Shown here: positions 13,614-25,781 of the stretch, in pieces
How positions within the stretch are numbered: the first letter of the stretch is position 1
Layout: every line of letters begins with the position of its first letter
Source of the DNA: Catajapyx aquilonaris
Lineage: Eukaryota
Direction of reading: 5' to 3'
NCBI GenBank assembly: GCA_000934665.2
Contig: JYFJ02003153.1
Span: 1-45,798, forward strand
Length of the DNA stretch: 45,798 nucleotides
Notes under the pieces: generated by a model
Database searches by the model: none
Told to the model about the DNA's origin: nothing
The model's input: only the letters and a program-made list of their open reading frames with translations
Program-made: the position numbers and the translations under genes

Positions 13614-15991
13614 ATGCAGTACAAGTGCCAGCCTTACGTTGCAGTTCATGCAGCAAGGGTCGCTCGTGATGAACTCCTTCCTGCCATGACAGACATAGCA
13701 ATATTTGAGGACGAAGATGGCTGTCATTTCGTCCATATCTTCCATATCCACACTGTCATCGGTGGTTGTACCCCCCATCTTGACGTGCACGTCGGACGAA
13801 TTCCTATATGGCCTGTGCCAGAACGAGGTGCAGCACAGTTGAATTGAGACTGTCCAATGGGAGATGCGTGTTCAGGTCGGAGGTGACAGGAAGGGGGTGG
13901 TGGGGGTCAGATAAAAAAAGGTAGCGAAAAATTACGGCAGATTTACACAAGCAATTCAGACGGAGGGTGGTGTCCTGTCAAGATGAGCCAAGAAGAGAGT
14001 TGTCGATCGCCTTCTCCTGCACCCTCTGATAGTGAGTGGCATTGTTGTGATGAGAGTACGAAGCATTTTCTATACAGGTGCTGTCAAATGAGTAACTTCT
14101 GAAATCAATGCAGGGAGCTTGGACACAATTGAAGCAGACGCAGAAGTGGCAAGAGTTAACGAGGGTCATGAACTGCAGGGACCGTTAACCCCGAGGTTTT
14201 TGTCGCCGGAAGTTTCAGGGTATTCGGAATTATCAGCACTTCACACAGAGTCAAATGAAACTTCTACTGGATCTTCGTCGACGTCTTATGGACCGTCAAG
14301 AAGAGCCTCTTCGGGATACCTCGCATCTTCATCAGGATCACCATCGGCAGCTTCAGTGGAAGCGGGGCCATCAACCTCTTCGGGAGTACTGCTGGCAGCA
14401 GTCTCATGGCCTTCGTCTGGAGCTTTGAATCAGCCGCCGAATGCATCATCTAGACCAGAGGCTGTCGACGATGATGGTAAGCCATGGGAGGGAAAATATA
14501 CAAGGTCTCTCAAGTGCGAATTACTGTTCCTGCAAACGGCTCAATGTTACAGATCTTGCTCATTATACTGTCATTATATAGTGTCTGAGATACGTTTTGC
14601 CGCTATCAATGACATGAAATTTTTGTCCTAGGTCCAGGATATTTTAAACCTATCGCATCCAACATCTCGACAGTCATGGAACAACAAAATGGAGCTGCTA
14701 TACCATATGCAGTAGTCAAATTGGAAGGATGCATAGGAGAGCAAGGCGGTGCAGATGACATCATGGGCGACGATGGTGATAATTATTTACAGAGCGAAGT
14801 TGCTGCGAGAGGAGCCGAAGTTGACGACCGAAATATTGGAAACACAACAGTGTCGCAGTTGGTACCAGAAGGTGGAGTTCTAGCAGGGGTAGGTCGAGAT
14901 GTTCCCGGAAAATCAGCCGTAGTTAGACGCATGGCTCGTATGACCCTACACCTCGACGAATTTGGTCACCCACGGTCGGCAGAGGATTTATCATCGGAAT
15001 CCTCTGATGGAATGCATATCGAAGAATACGACAAGTCGGAAGCGCCAGCACTGCATTCCGAACTTCAGGACCAACGTGACTTGGATGAGGTGGAGCGGTA
15101 CGCTCCACCTCATCCAAGTCAAGTAGGTAGCAATGTGCAACCAGATAGCAACCGAAATGAAGGCAGCTCATCAGTGCAGCATAAATGTGACGGACGCAAC
15201 GACAATTTGGCTGAGGTTGGCATTGCAAGTTCCGCAGGGGACCTGTTGTGTACGGAAAATCAGGTAGACCCACTGTACAGGAAGTCTCTCAGTTGGTGAG
15301 ATTTATGAAAACAATAGACTAACTCTATTTTAAATTTCAGACCGAATCACCAGCACATGTACCCAAAAACACAGAAGATGTTCCACCACAAGTTACCAGA
15401 AGAAGCAGCACTTCTGGACCATTTCCACCACCTGTCATCATTCTAACGACTACTCTTCCTCAAGAATTGGGTCAAGTACAATCATTCGATGCCGGGGTAT
15501 CACAAGTTGAGGACTTGCCAAAACACCCCGTCACCAGCGAAACATGCGACAATGTATCGTCAACGGCAGTAGTCGAGAAGCAAGATTCGCAAAGCGAGGA
15601 CAATCCAGACAACTCAGTCATCAATGAAAGGTGCACCCCCTGCATTCTACCTGCAGCTAAATTGTGGAAACCAAAGGACGTCCAGCAGGATCTGACCCTT
15701 GGACAAGGAGAGGTTGATCCAACTGGAGAAATCAGGATAGTAGGGGAAACGTTAGTAGTTCCATCCAAAGATTCTTCAACAGATGATGAAACCATGGAAA
15801 CAGGCGAGCCCATGTCATCAAGTAGAGGACGTCAGAGAGGTCTGAAGAGGCAGCGTAAAACAACAAAGGTGAAGATCAAAGAGAGGAGCGACGATCCACC
15901 ATCGGACACCTCTGCAACTTCAGACTCTTTGGCTCCTGAATCCAGTAGACGACGACTTCCGTCAAACTCGTCGTGTGACGAAATCCTGTAG
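13614..15991 (+). CDS. Orphan acidic/Ser-rich, probably disordered protein (about 550-620 aa; start exon uncertain)
   Basis: Phase-consistent exons 14114-14476, 14632-15263 and 15341-15991 with canonical GT-AG sites join three ORFs. A possible first exon 13614-13827 has a phase-1 donor. A basic cluster GRQRGLKRQRKTTKVKIK lies near the C-terminus. No recognisable domain. Confidence 0.55.
15077..15121. repeat. Perfect 21-bp-stem hairpin inside a predicted exon
   Basis: TGACTTGGATGAGGTGGAGCG-GTA-CGCTCCACCTCATCCAAGTCA. Confidence 0.95.
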
Positions 15992-17474
15992 TATTAATCG
16001 TACTTTTTAAACTTCAGATACTTTTTCTATTTTATTTTTAAATATGTTTTAAAGGAAAAAACGATTGTACCTCTGGTAATAATGCGAGTGCTTGTGAGTA
16101 CAGTACTATGCTGTTGCAATTTTACACGATGGAAATAAATTATTTCGTAAATTAATTTCTTCATTTTAATCAAGTTGAGGGTTAGATGAATATTCATACT
16201 TAGCGGGTGGTCAGTATCTTTCACATGGGGCATGTACAATATTATTTTTTGACCTTCTCAAAGTCTAAAGCAGTACCGGTATGCGTCAGTTTTTTCGACA
16301 ATGAGTTTTTAAGCTTGCGGTGTCAAAATTGCTGTATATGACATCATTGTGTAGATTATGAGAATTATTATTGATTAGTCATATCCACAGCCATTGTGAT
16401 AGGTCGTCTAGACAGCAGGACATTCCCTAGGCAGTCGAGAACATATTCCGAACTCAAATAAAATGTGCAGATTCACTCAGTCAGATGAAAGTGATACACT
16501 CAACCTTACTAATATGTATAGTTACAAATAAGTCCAGGTAAAAATGGGCGCGAAATATCAGGGCATGTCTTCCCTACTAGGATAAATCTGGATCATAACT
16601 GAATGACAGAATATTAATAGGAGATAGAGCCAGATGATTCCCAAAGAGAGCCCCGGGAATACTTTAACGTTTAACCGACAGCCATTAGGATGGGTGACAT
16701 GCAATGACATGTGATAAATAGGGAAGGCAAACAAGAGTGACCAAACATTGTCTTGGAACCCATGGGTTATTCCAGTATACCATTCCCAAGACCACTGAGA
16801 CTCCTGCCCCACTATTGTACCAATATTATTGCCCGATACACAGGGCCATAAAATTACCACTGTTGCCGAAGAACTCATCAGACAAATGTCAGCATAATAA
16901 TGCAGACTGTGTATCGGACGTTTGATTCAGCAGTGGACAGGGGCACGGCTATAGGGGTCTGCTAGTGGTCTTTGAAATGTGGTACACTTGAATCAACCAT
17001 CCGTTCCAAGTAGGCTAATATCATATTGCGTTTTAAATAATATCTCGTTCGCCTTCCCCCCTGTGTCTACGTCACCTACCCGATGCCCCGATGATGTAGA
17101 GTAGCCTACTTTATAAGGTCTCTGTGGTAACATGTATCATCTGGATCTCCCACCATTCAGTTAGGATTCGTCGCCTGCTCCATAGATTCATAAGGTACGC
17201 GTATATTAAATCTATGGCCTGGTAGATGAAACATGTCATGAATTTTTCCCACATTTTCATTTGGACTTCTTCGTAAACATGTCTGCTTATACGACTGACT
17301 GGCTCAATTTCATTAGGGTTAATCTCTCACTTGTTTAAAAACCATCGCCCTATTTACCTCTATGTCCCCTCTCAAACAGCCTACACTGTTTCTGGAACTA
17401 ATACTCTGAATTGGCCGCGAGCGATAGTTTTGGCACGAATATTTTATTATAAATTTAATTGCTAAGTACGTAGT

Positions 17475-17594
17475 GGGCCCGGGCGTTTCAATTAGTAAGT
17501 TCCAATGTATAATAGTACTGTACAAAGGTTCCGTGTGATATACCCCCACCGGGGGTGAAAGCACTTACCCAGGATTATTATGATTATGATTATG

Positions 17595-17642
<48 letters not shown>

Positions 17643-17658
17643 GTTATTATTATTATTA
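17475..17658 (+). mobile_element. Short 5'-truncated non-LTR retroelement with (TTA)n tail
   Basis: 12-bp TSD taagtacgtagt at 17463-17474 and 17659-17670. A stem-loop accccc-acc-gggggt lies just before a long (TAT)n tail. Confidence 0.75.
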
Positions 17659-17968
17659 TAAGTACGTAGTAGAAGTCAATTTACTAATTGACATAGGAAA
17701 TTTAAAATATTTTTCTACCCCATTTCATACATGTGAATGAGGCCTATCAGACGTATCCACTCACATGCAGTAGCATTCGATTATAGCTCTCGATCCATTC
17801 TTCACTGCACACCCTGAAAATACTGCTAGTCAAACGCAACCCAAAGCAGTCATTCCAGTAGGTCTATTGCTCACCGACCACTTGACTCGCTCACGTTGCA
17901 TCAGCTTCATCAGTCTCAGCTAGTCCTCATTTTGAATCGGAACGTTGGTGAGAGCAGTGTGTGTTACG

Positions 17969-19100
17969 ATGGAGTTGGTTGCATGGAATCGGAAGCATGA
18001 TGAGAACAGCAAGGAGGAGGTCAAAGTTGACGACGCAGACTGGGAGTGGAATCTGCCATCCTACAGGCTACCTGTGGCCACCCATCGAGGTAGAGCTTCC
18101 AGGAACCTCTCGAAAGAGTTACCTCCAACTTCAACCTTGAGGTACAGGATTGAGCCGTCTATCTGCTATGTGAAGGTGGTCTGCTGTAAAGTAGCTTTAT
18201 TGTCATGTCCTGTCTTGTTCGACGTGTAGGGAGAAGGTGCCATTGTTGAGGACATGCAACACTATCGACTACTGCCATCATGTCCCTTTCGACTACGGAA
18301 GCAGTTAGCATCCTTCATCATTGCAATCAGCACCTGCTGAAATTCCTCGGCAGTCTCGCCGGCCACATCGACCTGCTCCACCACCTCCCACAAATTCCCC
18401 AAATATACCACCACCAACACAAGAGTTGCCCCCTGCCAAACCAGAAGGCCAAAGCCAGAAGATAGAACCGGAACAGAATAAGAATGACCAGAAGACAGTG
18501 ATGCAGAAAATAGGTATATGTATACACAGCGATGCTGCGGTGGTCAAATCGGATGTATGAATAACCGGTGTTTCTTTAAGGTGTTTGGTTCAGCGCCGTT
18601 TTGGGACGCAAAGGTTTAAAGGGCGGCACGTCAAAGTTGAGCCCAAAGAAGAGTAACGGTGTACCCGAATTGAGTAAGAATTGGCCTACTTTTCATCCGA
18701 TGCTGAATGTTTTCATGAGACATAGGCTAATTACATCACTGGTACTTTCAGAAAATTCTGCTTCACTACCCATCCAACAAGCACCTGCATCAGGATGGAT
18801 CGTCTCGTCTTCATTTGATCATGGTAAGTACGATAGGTACAAGCTAGAAATCTGCTAGAAATACTATAGCTGATTGCGCTCATTTTTTATGTGAAGGTAA
18901 TTTCAAAAATTGTTTTATCAGAGCCAATGCGTCGTCTTCCATGGAGGCCGGCGAACGAAATTCGACGCAAAGAAGCTGCGCTTCCTCATCGAGAACCGAC
19001 TGCTCATCATGAAAGGAAGATGAAGCTAGCAGAAGAATACGTTCAGAAGTCCTGCTACGACAGCAATAAGTACGGCAGCCTGCGATCAACTACTGTTTAA
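17969..19100 (+). pseudogene. Orphan 5-exon Pro-rich gene with an in-frame TAG (pseudogene, null allele or readthrough gene)
   Basis: Phase-consistent exons 17969-18141, 18230-18513, 18581-18658, 18752-18823, 18922-19100. TAG at 18306-18308 interrupts an otherwise open frame. RPAPPPP motif; C-terminus ...LRSTTV; AATAAA at about 19266. Confidence 0.5.
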
Positions 19101-20692
19101 TGAGATGAGTAAGATTCAAAATGTGTGTGAAATGACGAAGAATTAATTTGAAATTTTTATAGTTGCTTTTATTACATTTGACGGTCACTGAAAGGTGAAT
19201 TTGAATGACTATTTTACACGATAGTATGTGATAAATGTTTCCGACTGTATTTATATTAATGCCATAATAAAGCTATAGTACATGCCAACGCTACAATGAG
19301 TTCAATATTATTTAATGTTGTGTAGCTGATGGGGGGATGAGGTAAAGGTCAAAGAGCTCAAGATTATAGTTAATATAGTTATTGTGCTGTTTGGTAAATG
19401 TGTTCTTTTTACTGCACTATAGGGAGTCGTGTATTATTTTCAGAGCAGGCCATACGAGAAGTCTTGATTTCTGTCCTAAATGGCATTTGTCAACTAGTGG
19501 AATCCGATTACTCTTCGGTGTGAAAAAAGCACTCTTCTGAGACTCGTCAGGAAAGCATATTCATGCTGACGAATTATGCCAAAACCTTGCCTTTTCGACA
19601 AGAAGTAAGGCGAGCGGTGGCATGCTACATCAACACTACTTGAAATCGATCATTACCACAATAAATGCCATTCCAATAAAAATGCGACAAGTAAAATGTG
19701 CTTGTGAACTCCTATAGCCTTGAACCGATTTTTAAAGGCCACGTGTGTATGATGCAAAGTATGATGAGTGAGAGCATAGTGAGAGTGATCCTCAGATACA
19801 TTCGAACTTGAAATTGAATTGTGGCGCGGTCACAGATGGCGCGCCCATCCAAGAGGAATATTTTAAAATATATCAGTTATTTCTCTAAAAAGTTAATTTA
19901 AATTAATTGGGATTAAATATGGGCATTGGTGTATGGTTTAGGTCCAGAAATGGTGTGAGGTGAGTTGGCCCCACAGCCGCTCCGCCCACGGGCGCAACTT
20001 TTGGCGGGAGAGGAGCAGGAGGCCAGGAGCTGGCGACAGCGTGGTGCAGTGGGTGCACTGGTGCAGCCGTCTGCAACAAGTGCAACTCCAACCGAGGCAA
20101 AGAGAGAAGGCAGCTTGGGGAAAGGGCGCTTGCTGCCTGGGCAAGTTTTGGCAGGCAACAGTGATAGGGCAGTGGTGTCAAGGTGACGGAGGGTTGAACA
20201 ATAATAATCGGCTTGTATGCTGACGAAGGGTAAAAGCGAGCAATAGTCGTCTCGATAGTCGTGGTAGGCCAACTATCTCCCCCATCCTTCGTCATTGACC
20301 TGTGCTGGCACCTGGTAGGCTGGGTGTGGGCTGGATCTTGCTACCTGTCTCCCTGATTTTTGCCACACACACACCCCACACCACTTATTCACAGTCTGGG
20401 GAACAGGCTCAGGCTGCACCAGACCCTGAGCTGCACTAGCTCAGCACTAGTGCACCTACTGCTACATGCCGCCCATAAGCAATACTCTGCTGCACGTGGG
20501 CACCTGCAAGGCGCACACTGTTAGCACTCAGGCTGTGTATAATCTTAAACTGCTTGTGGTCTTAGCAAGGTGGCGAGACTACTTCATTTGCAGCGGCTTG
20601 CAAAGGCCACTGGTCTCAGTACACTTAGTCAATTTTTGTGGTTTTTGTTGATTTATTATTGTGTCATCGCAGGTAACAGCAGCTGAAGAAGA

Positions 20693-23600
20693 ATGCTGTT
20701 TGATGATTCCACTGAAGAAGGAGGAGGTGATGAATATCCCGAGTCACTGAGGTTTGTATTAGTTAATGTCATGTAATTCCTTACTGAATACTGATTGTCC
20801 ACTGTTGAATTTTTTATCTTAAAAGCCAGCCTTCCACTTCTGAAATCCATAGTTCAACCTTAGTGCCAGGCAATAGATTCTGACTGACTGAAAGAATTTT
20901 TAATGGATTTTAACCGTATATACTTTGCTTGAGCTGACCCAGGGCGCTCCCACTTCTGATTTCAAAATACACTCTCACTGAGGTAGTTAACTCCTATGTC
21001 TTACCACAGGTGGTCCTTTTGCCAATTTATTGCTTTTCAGGGGAGAGGTCAGTAAAAACCACTTACTGGCATATTATTATTGAAACGTACATACATTAAA
21101 AATTTGCATCAAGAGCTACATTACAAGGATAAGGAAGTTGGGCCACATATGACACACACACTTTTCTCACTGCAGGTTCAAAAGTCTAAGCCAGTGGTTC
21201 CCAACCTTTTTCAGGTCGCGACCCCCTTTTATGATATTCAAGTAACCTACCCCCCCTGCCCGAGTGTTAGTAGATGTTGAAAAAAAACCTTTGTGATGAA
21301 ATTTCCTATAAAATTTATTTTATTAATGTATTAATTTTAGTTTTTTTTTATTTTATAAAAATAACCACGACCTCTCACAGCCCCCCTGGACCTGCTCCAT
21401 GGCCCCCTTGGGGGGTCGCGACCCCCAAGTTGGGAACCAGCACCTTCCAATGCAATGGCTGTAATATGATGATAATCATCATTGGCTTTTTTCACTCATT
21501 ATTATCTATCATATTAAAATCCTTGCTGTGTTTGAAGGAGCCCTCTGATTTGTCCGCCGCATATTGTTACGGCCACCTCCCCATTGGCCCGCGTTCTACT
21601 TATGCGCAATGGGGTGTAAACAACAACTCTGTTGGGTTGCCGGGGAAACTGTCCATTCCTTCTCTGTATTGTTGCCCAGTTGGCACCTTTGGTTGGCACT
21701 ACTGTGAAGTTGTTTACAGCGTCAGTTTCCTTTATGAAACGACAGACACAGGACAGACATGTTCTCACTTCTCACTAATTGGGCTGTTCGAAGACTGCTG
21801 GAGGGCTAACGTTACACCCTCCCCCAGGGGGCCCAGCGATAATGTGCACGGAATAGGTACCCCAGGCCGCAGGCCTAGAAAAGAGCGAGCGAAGCAAGTG
21901 GCTTTCTAGGCCTGCGCCTAGTTTTCCTTCTAAACCTACAGCATCATTGTGGCTGGGGGTTACCTCTGACTTACAAGGGAAGTGTCTGTAGGGCCATCGG
22001 CCAATCGGCCCGAAAATGACACTAGGGGTAAATCGCAGGCCAGAAATTCATTGGTGAAAGTAAAAAGTCGCATTAGCCAAGCGTTTTCGAGATATGGGCG
22101 ACTATATCTGCCCGGCAAACCTGCTCGGTGGCAATGGGGCGCATTCGGCAGAAGAAATTATAAGCAGTCTTCGTGGCTCAGTCGGTAGCGCGTCCGCGTC
22201 ATGATCCGAAGTCTCCGCGTTCAAGTCCGCGGGAAGCGACTTTTTTTCCCCCCCTCTCTCTCTCGTCTCGAAGCATCGTTTTCTTTTTCTTTCTTCCCCA
22301 ACACCGTTTATCACCGCATATCTTCCCCTTTGCAATCAACAGGAATAAATAAACAGCTTGCTGGGAAGTGTATTGCTTTTTTTTCTTCTGCCGATGCTTA
22401 TACCTACTCTCTCCATGGCTTCATATTCGGAAAAATGAATAGTCACAAGCTCAGTAAATAATAACTTATTCGTGTTTGCCGGGCACCTATAGTCGCCCAT
22501 ATCTCGAAAACGCTTGGCTAATGCGACTTTTTACTTTCACCAATTAATTTCTGGCCTGCGATTAACCCCTAGTGTCATTTTCGGGCCGATTGGCCGATGG
22601 CCCTACAGACACTTCCCTTGTTAGTATATGTTGCGTCTAGGTTATTTTTAAAATGAACAATAGTGCCATTGAGTTACTCTTTGGACTCCTGGGGGGCCCG
22701 GCGATAATGTACACGGAATAGGTACCCCAGGCCGCAGGCCTAGAAAAGAGCGAGCGAAGCAAGTGGTTTTCTAGGCCTGCGCCTAGTTTTCCTTCTAAAC
22801 CTACAGCATCATTGTGGCTGGGGGTTACCTCTGACTTAGTATATGTTGCGTCTAGGTTATTTTTAAAATGAACAATAGTGCCATTGAGTTACTCTTTGGA
22901 AAAGTTGAAGAGATTTGGGTAAAGCTCACCATGATGAAATATGGAGGTGAAGATTAACTGTTTTTGTGAGATTTTCATTAGAGAACAATAATTGTGATGT
23001 CAGCAAATACTTAGGCCTATTTTTTGTTCCATTTTGTTATTCAGCATTGTGTCAAAAATTGGGATTTCTTTTTCTAATGTGAGAGAATATTTAAAAATCA
23101 GCACAAAAATCATGTCATTTAGCAGTAAAAAACCTCCCACTTCTCTGTATATTCCACTGGTGCATCATAAATGCCACCTGCCAATAGGGGCTAACAATAA
23201 GTAGGCCTAATGAAGGCGAATGAAGGTGGGAAATGCATATTACAGGGTGCTGAATTTTTTTCATAATGAAGCTAATGACCTGATTAAACGTGGAAACATT
23301 TGAGTGATTTGCAGAGGTAGCCAATTTATAATGTTGACTAGAAAAACCCTCGCTATGCTCACATTTTTATATGGTGCAGGTGTAGAAAACCACTCGCTTC
23401 GCTCGCTTTTTTTAGGCCTTCGGCCTGCAGTTCCTACCTTATTTTTAATTTCTTCGGACTGCAAGGCTAAAGAATAGGTGTGTATCTGCAAGGAAGGAAG
23501 GTTAGGCTTGGTTAGGTTAGGTTGGTACAGCATACCCCTTCCAAAATCCAAAAAATCAATCCTTGCATCCTTGCCTTTGCGGCACAGCCAAGCTGCCCCC

Positions 23601-23849
23601 AACTATCACTCACCCTGATGCCTCCCGCACGCCAGTAAGGCCTACTCTTTCCCTCATCAGATTATAACTGTCAAATGGATTGTAGTGACACAGATATATA
23701 TTGTATTATTTGAAATAATTGTATTATATTGTATTTTATTAATGGGGTTCTTCCCCCTGGATATGGGATTCTCCCGAGCAGAATAAACATATTATTATTA
23801 TTATTGTTATTATTAAAAATTATTATTATTATTATTGTTATTATTAAAA

Positions 23850-23893
<44 letters not shown>

Positions 23894-25727
23894 TCACTTT
23901 GTTGTCACTTTATTATTGGCATTGTTTCTATTAATGTACAGGTTAGCAAGAGTCAAGAATCTGGCACACATCTTGAAGAGAAATGTCAAGCACATATCAG
24001 TTGGGACTTTCATGTCCATCATTCTGGATTCCAAGAGGAATTTTGGGTCCACTGAGTACTGTTGGCTCTATGTGAAGATGCTGAGGGGATCTGGATTGGA
24101 TCATGCTAAGGCTATGCTTCATTCAAGTAAGCTAGCGTTTACATCACATTCAGGACCTATGAATAGTGTCCCAAATGATTCCCGGATATTGCAGAACTTG
24201 TCTGTTACGAAGTTCTTGTTTGTTCGTAGTGTAGGATTTTTAATCTACATTTAATCAAAACTTGTTCCCTATGGAAAGTTTTTGTGGAATGGAGTGGCTC
24301 CTCTGGACTGGTTTAACTATGTAAATACCTGAGTTGTACTAGTTTGTCTTCTTATATGTAACTAGCAGGTTACCCGGTGTTGCCCGGATATGTTGTGGTG
24401 GTAGTGGTCGAGATCTCCATATCTATATTATTTTTAGGAAGTTTGTTTATAAAATTTGCATTCTTGTACACTTAATTTGCCTTAAAACTGGCTTTATGGG
24501 CTATTGTGTAGTAGGCTAACTGAAACCAATAAGCCAAAGTTTGTGAAAGGCAGAAGGGTGTCACCCTGCACAGGGTGATGATTCCCGTTCTCAGTAAATA
24601 AATGTAGAAAATAATGAAAAGACGTTGTTTTGTTGCTCACTCTTGTGCAGCTTGTCTGGCTGCTTTATGTTCTAGATGGGACTGGCATTGATTGTCTGTG
24701 TCATGCTGCCTTTTTAGTTCGTTTGTGTTTGGCAGCAGGAGATTGTCCAAATGTGTAATGTGTTTTTGGAGGCATTTGATTGAGAAACAGGAAGGGATTC
24801 AAGTTTCCATGGAGATGCCCTCGAACAAAAATAGGAGTAAACAGTGTCTTTTGGTATTGTTGTTGGATAATGGTGCAAGGAGAGGAGGTATAGGGTGTTG
24901 TGGGAGTAAGGCTCATTTTCGGAAGCTGAAACATGCGGCATTAAATTCCTCGGAAAAAGTAACAAGTCAGGGCTGCTGGTAGGAGAATTTTTGTTCCGAA
25001 ATGCTTCGAATTTTTTATATGCATGGATTTTGGAATATTTGTATTTGTATACTGTATTTGCATCTATAAAATGGGACAGCTTTGAGGTGGATTAAATGCC
25101 TGATCATGATATCCATATACAGGGTATATCAGAGTCACGGGTCAAGCGAGCGCGAGGGGGTGGGGAAAAATCGTAGGTGGCGACTACCCCGGTCGGTTTT
25201 ATAAAACAATTATAAATACAGCAGTAATCAATTTATTTATTACGGCCTTATAGCGTGACGTCGCGTCCTTTCTGTTTGAATTGAACCTGGCGGGTACGGC
25301 AAATGCAAAGCAAGAAGTGCAGTGGTTTGGACGTGTTTGAAGCTGGTTGAACGGGTTTTTAGCCTTGCTGGTTGCACTGAAAAAGGCACTCTCATGCTTC
25401 ACCGGCAGAGTACTGAACACACCACTGTACAGTAGTACACTACTTTGTTCAGTACCCTGCCAGTGTAGCATGAGAGCGCCTTTTTCAGTGCAACCCGCAA
25501 GGCTAAAAACCCGTCAACCAGCTTCAAACCTGTTCAAACCACTGCACTCTTGCCTTGCATTTGCAGTGCCCGCCAAGCTCAATTCAAACATAAAGGACGT
25601 GACATCATGCCATAAGGCCGTAATAAATAAATAGATTACTGCCGTATTTCTAACCGACCGGGGTAGTCGCCACCTACGATTTTTCCCCACCCCCTCGCGC
25701 TCGCTTGACCCATGACTCTGATACACC

Positions 25728-25781
<54 letters not shown>

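Larger units (their letters stand above)
21827..22900 (+). repeat. About 210-bp tandem duplication; copy 1 is interrupted by a MITE
   Basis: Copy 1 is 21827-21973 plus 22624-22685; copy 2 is about 22691-22900. They are near-identical (ggaataggtaccccaggccgcaggcctagaaaagagcgagcgaagc...ttactctttgga). Confidence 0.9.

Noticed and set aside
13534..17322. TTAACCCTAA ... TTAGGGTTAA as piggyBac ends around the first orphan gene
   Set aside because: The inverted match is only 10 bp and does not extend; no transposase is present.
17555..17740. Poly-Tyr ORF (and the poly-Tyr/Ile ORFs at 23729-24055)
   Set aside because: These are translations of (TAT)n microsatellite tails.
19903..20295. GC-rich stretch with ORFs in several frames
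   Set aside because: No homology or gene structure. It lies just after a likely ASB 5'-UTR donor (GAG|GTGAGT at about 19959), so it is probably promoter-proximal intron or repeat.
20656..20850. Minus-strand ORF with a DSGYSS degron-like motif
   Set aside because: It is the antisense of the phase-consistent first ASB coding exon.
21274..21909. 211-aa ORF in the first ASB coding intron
   Set aside because: It spans MITE and repeat sequence, has no recognisable motif and no supported splice structure.
23499..23525. TTAGG-like repeats suggesting an interstitial telomere
   Set aside because: Only a few imperfect units; such runs are common inside arthropod repeats.
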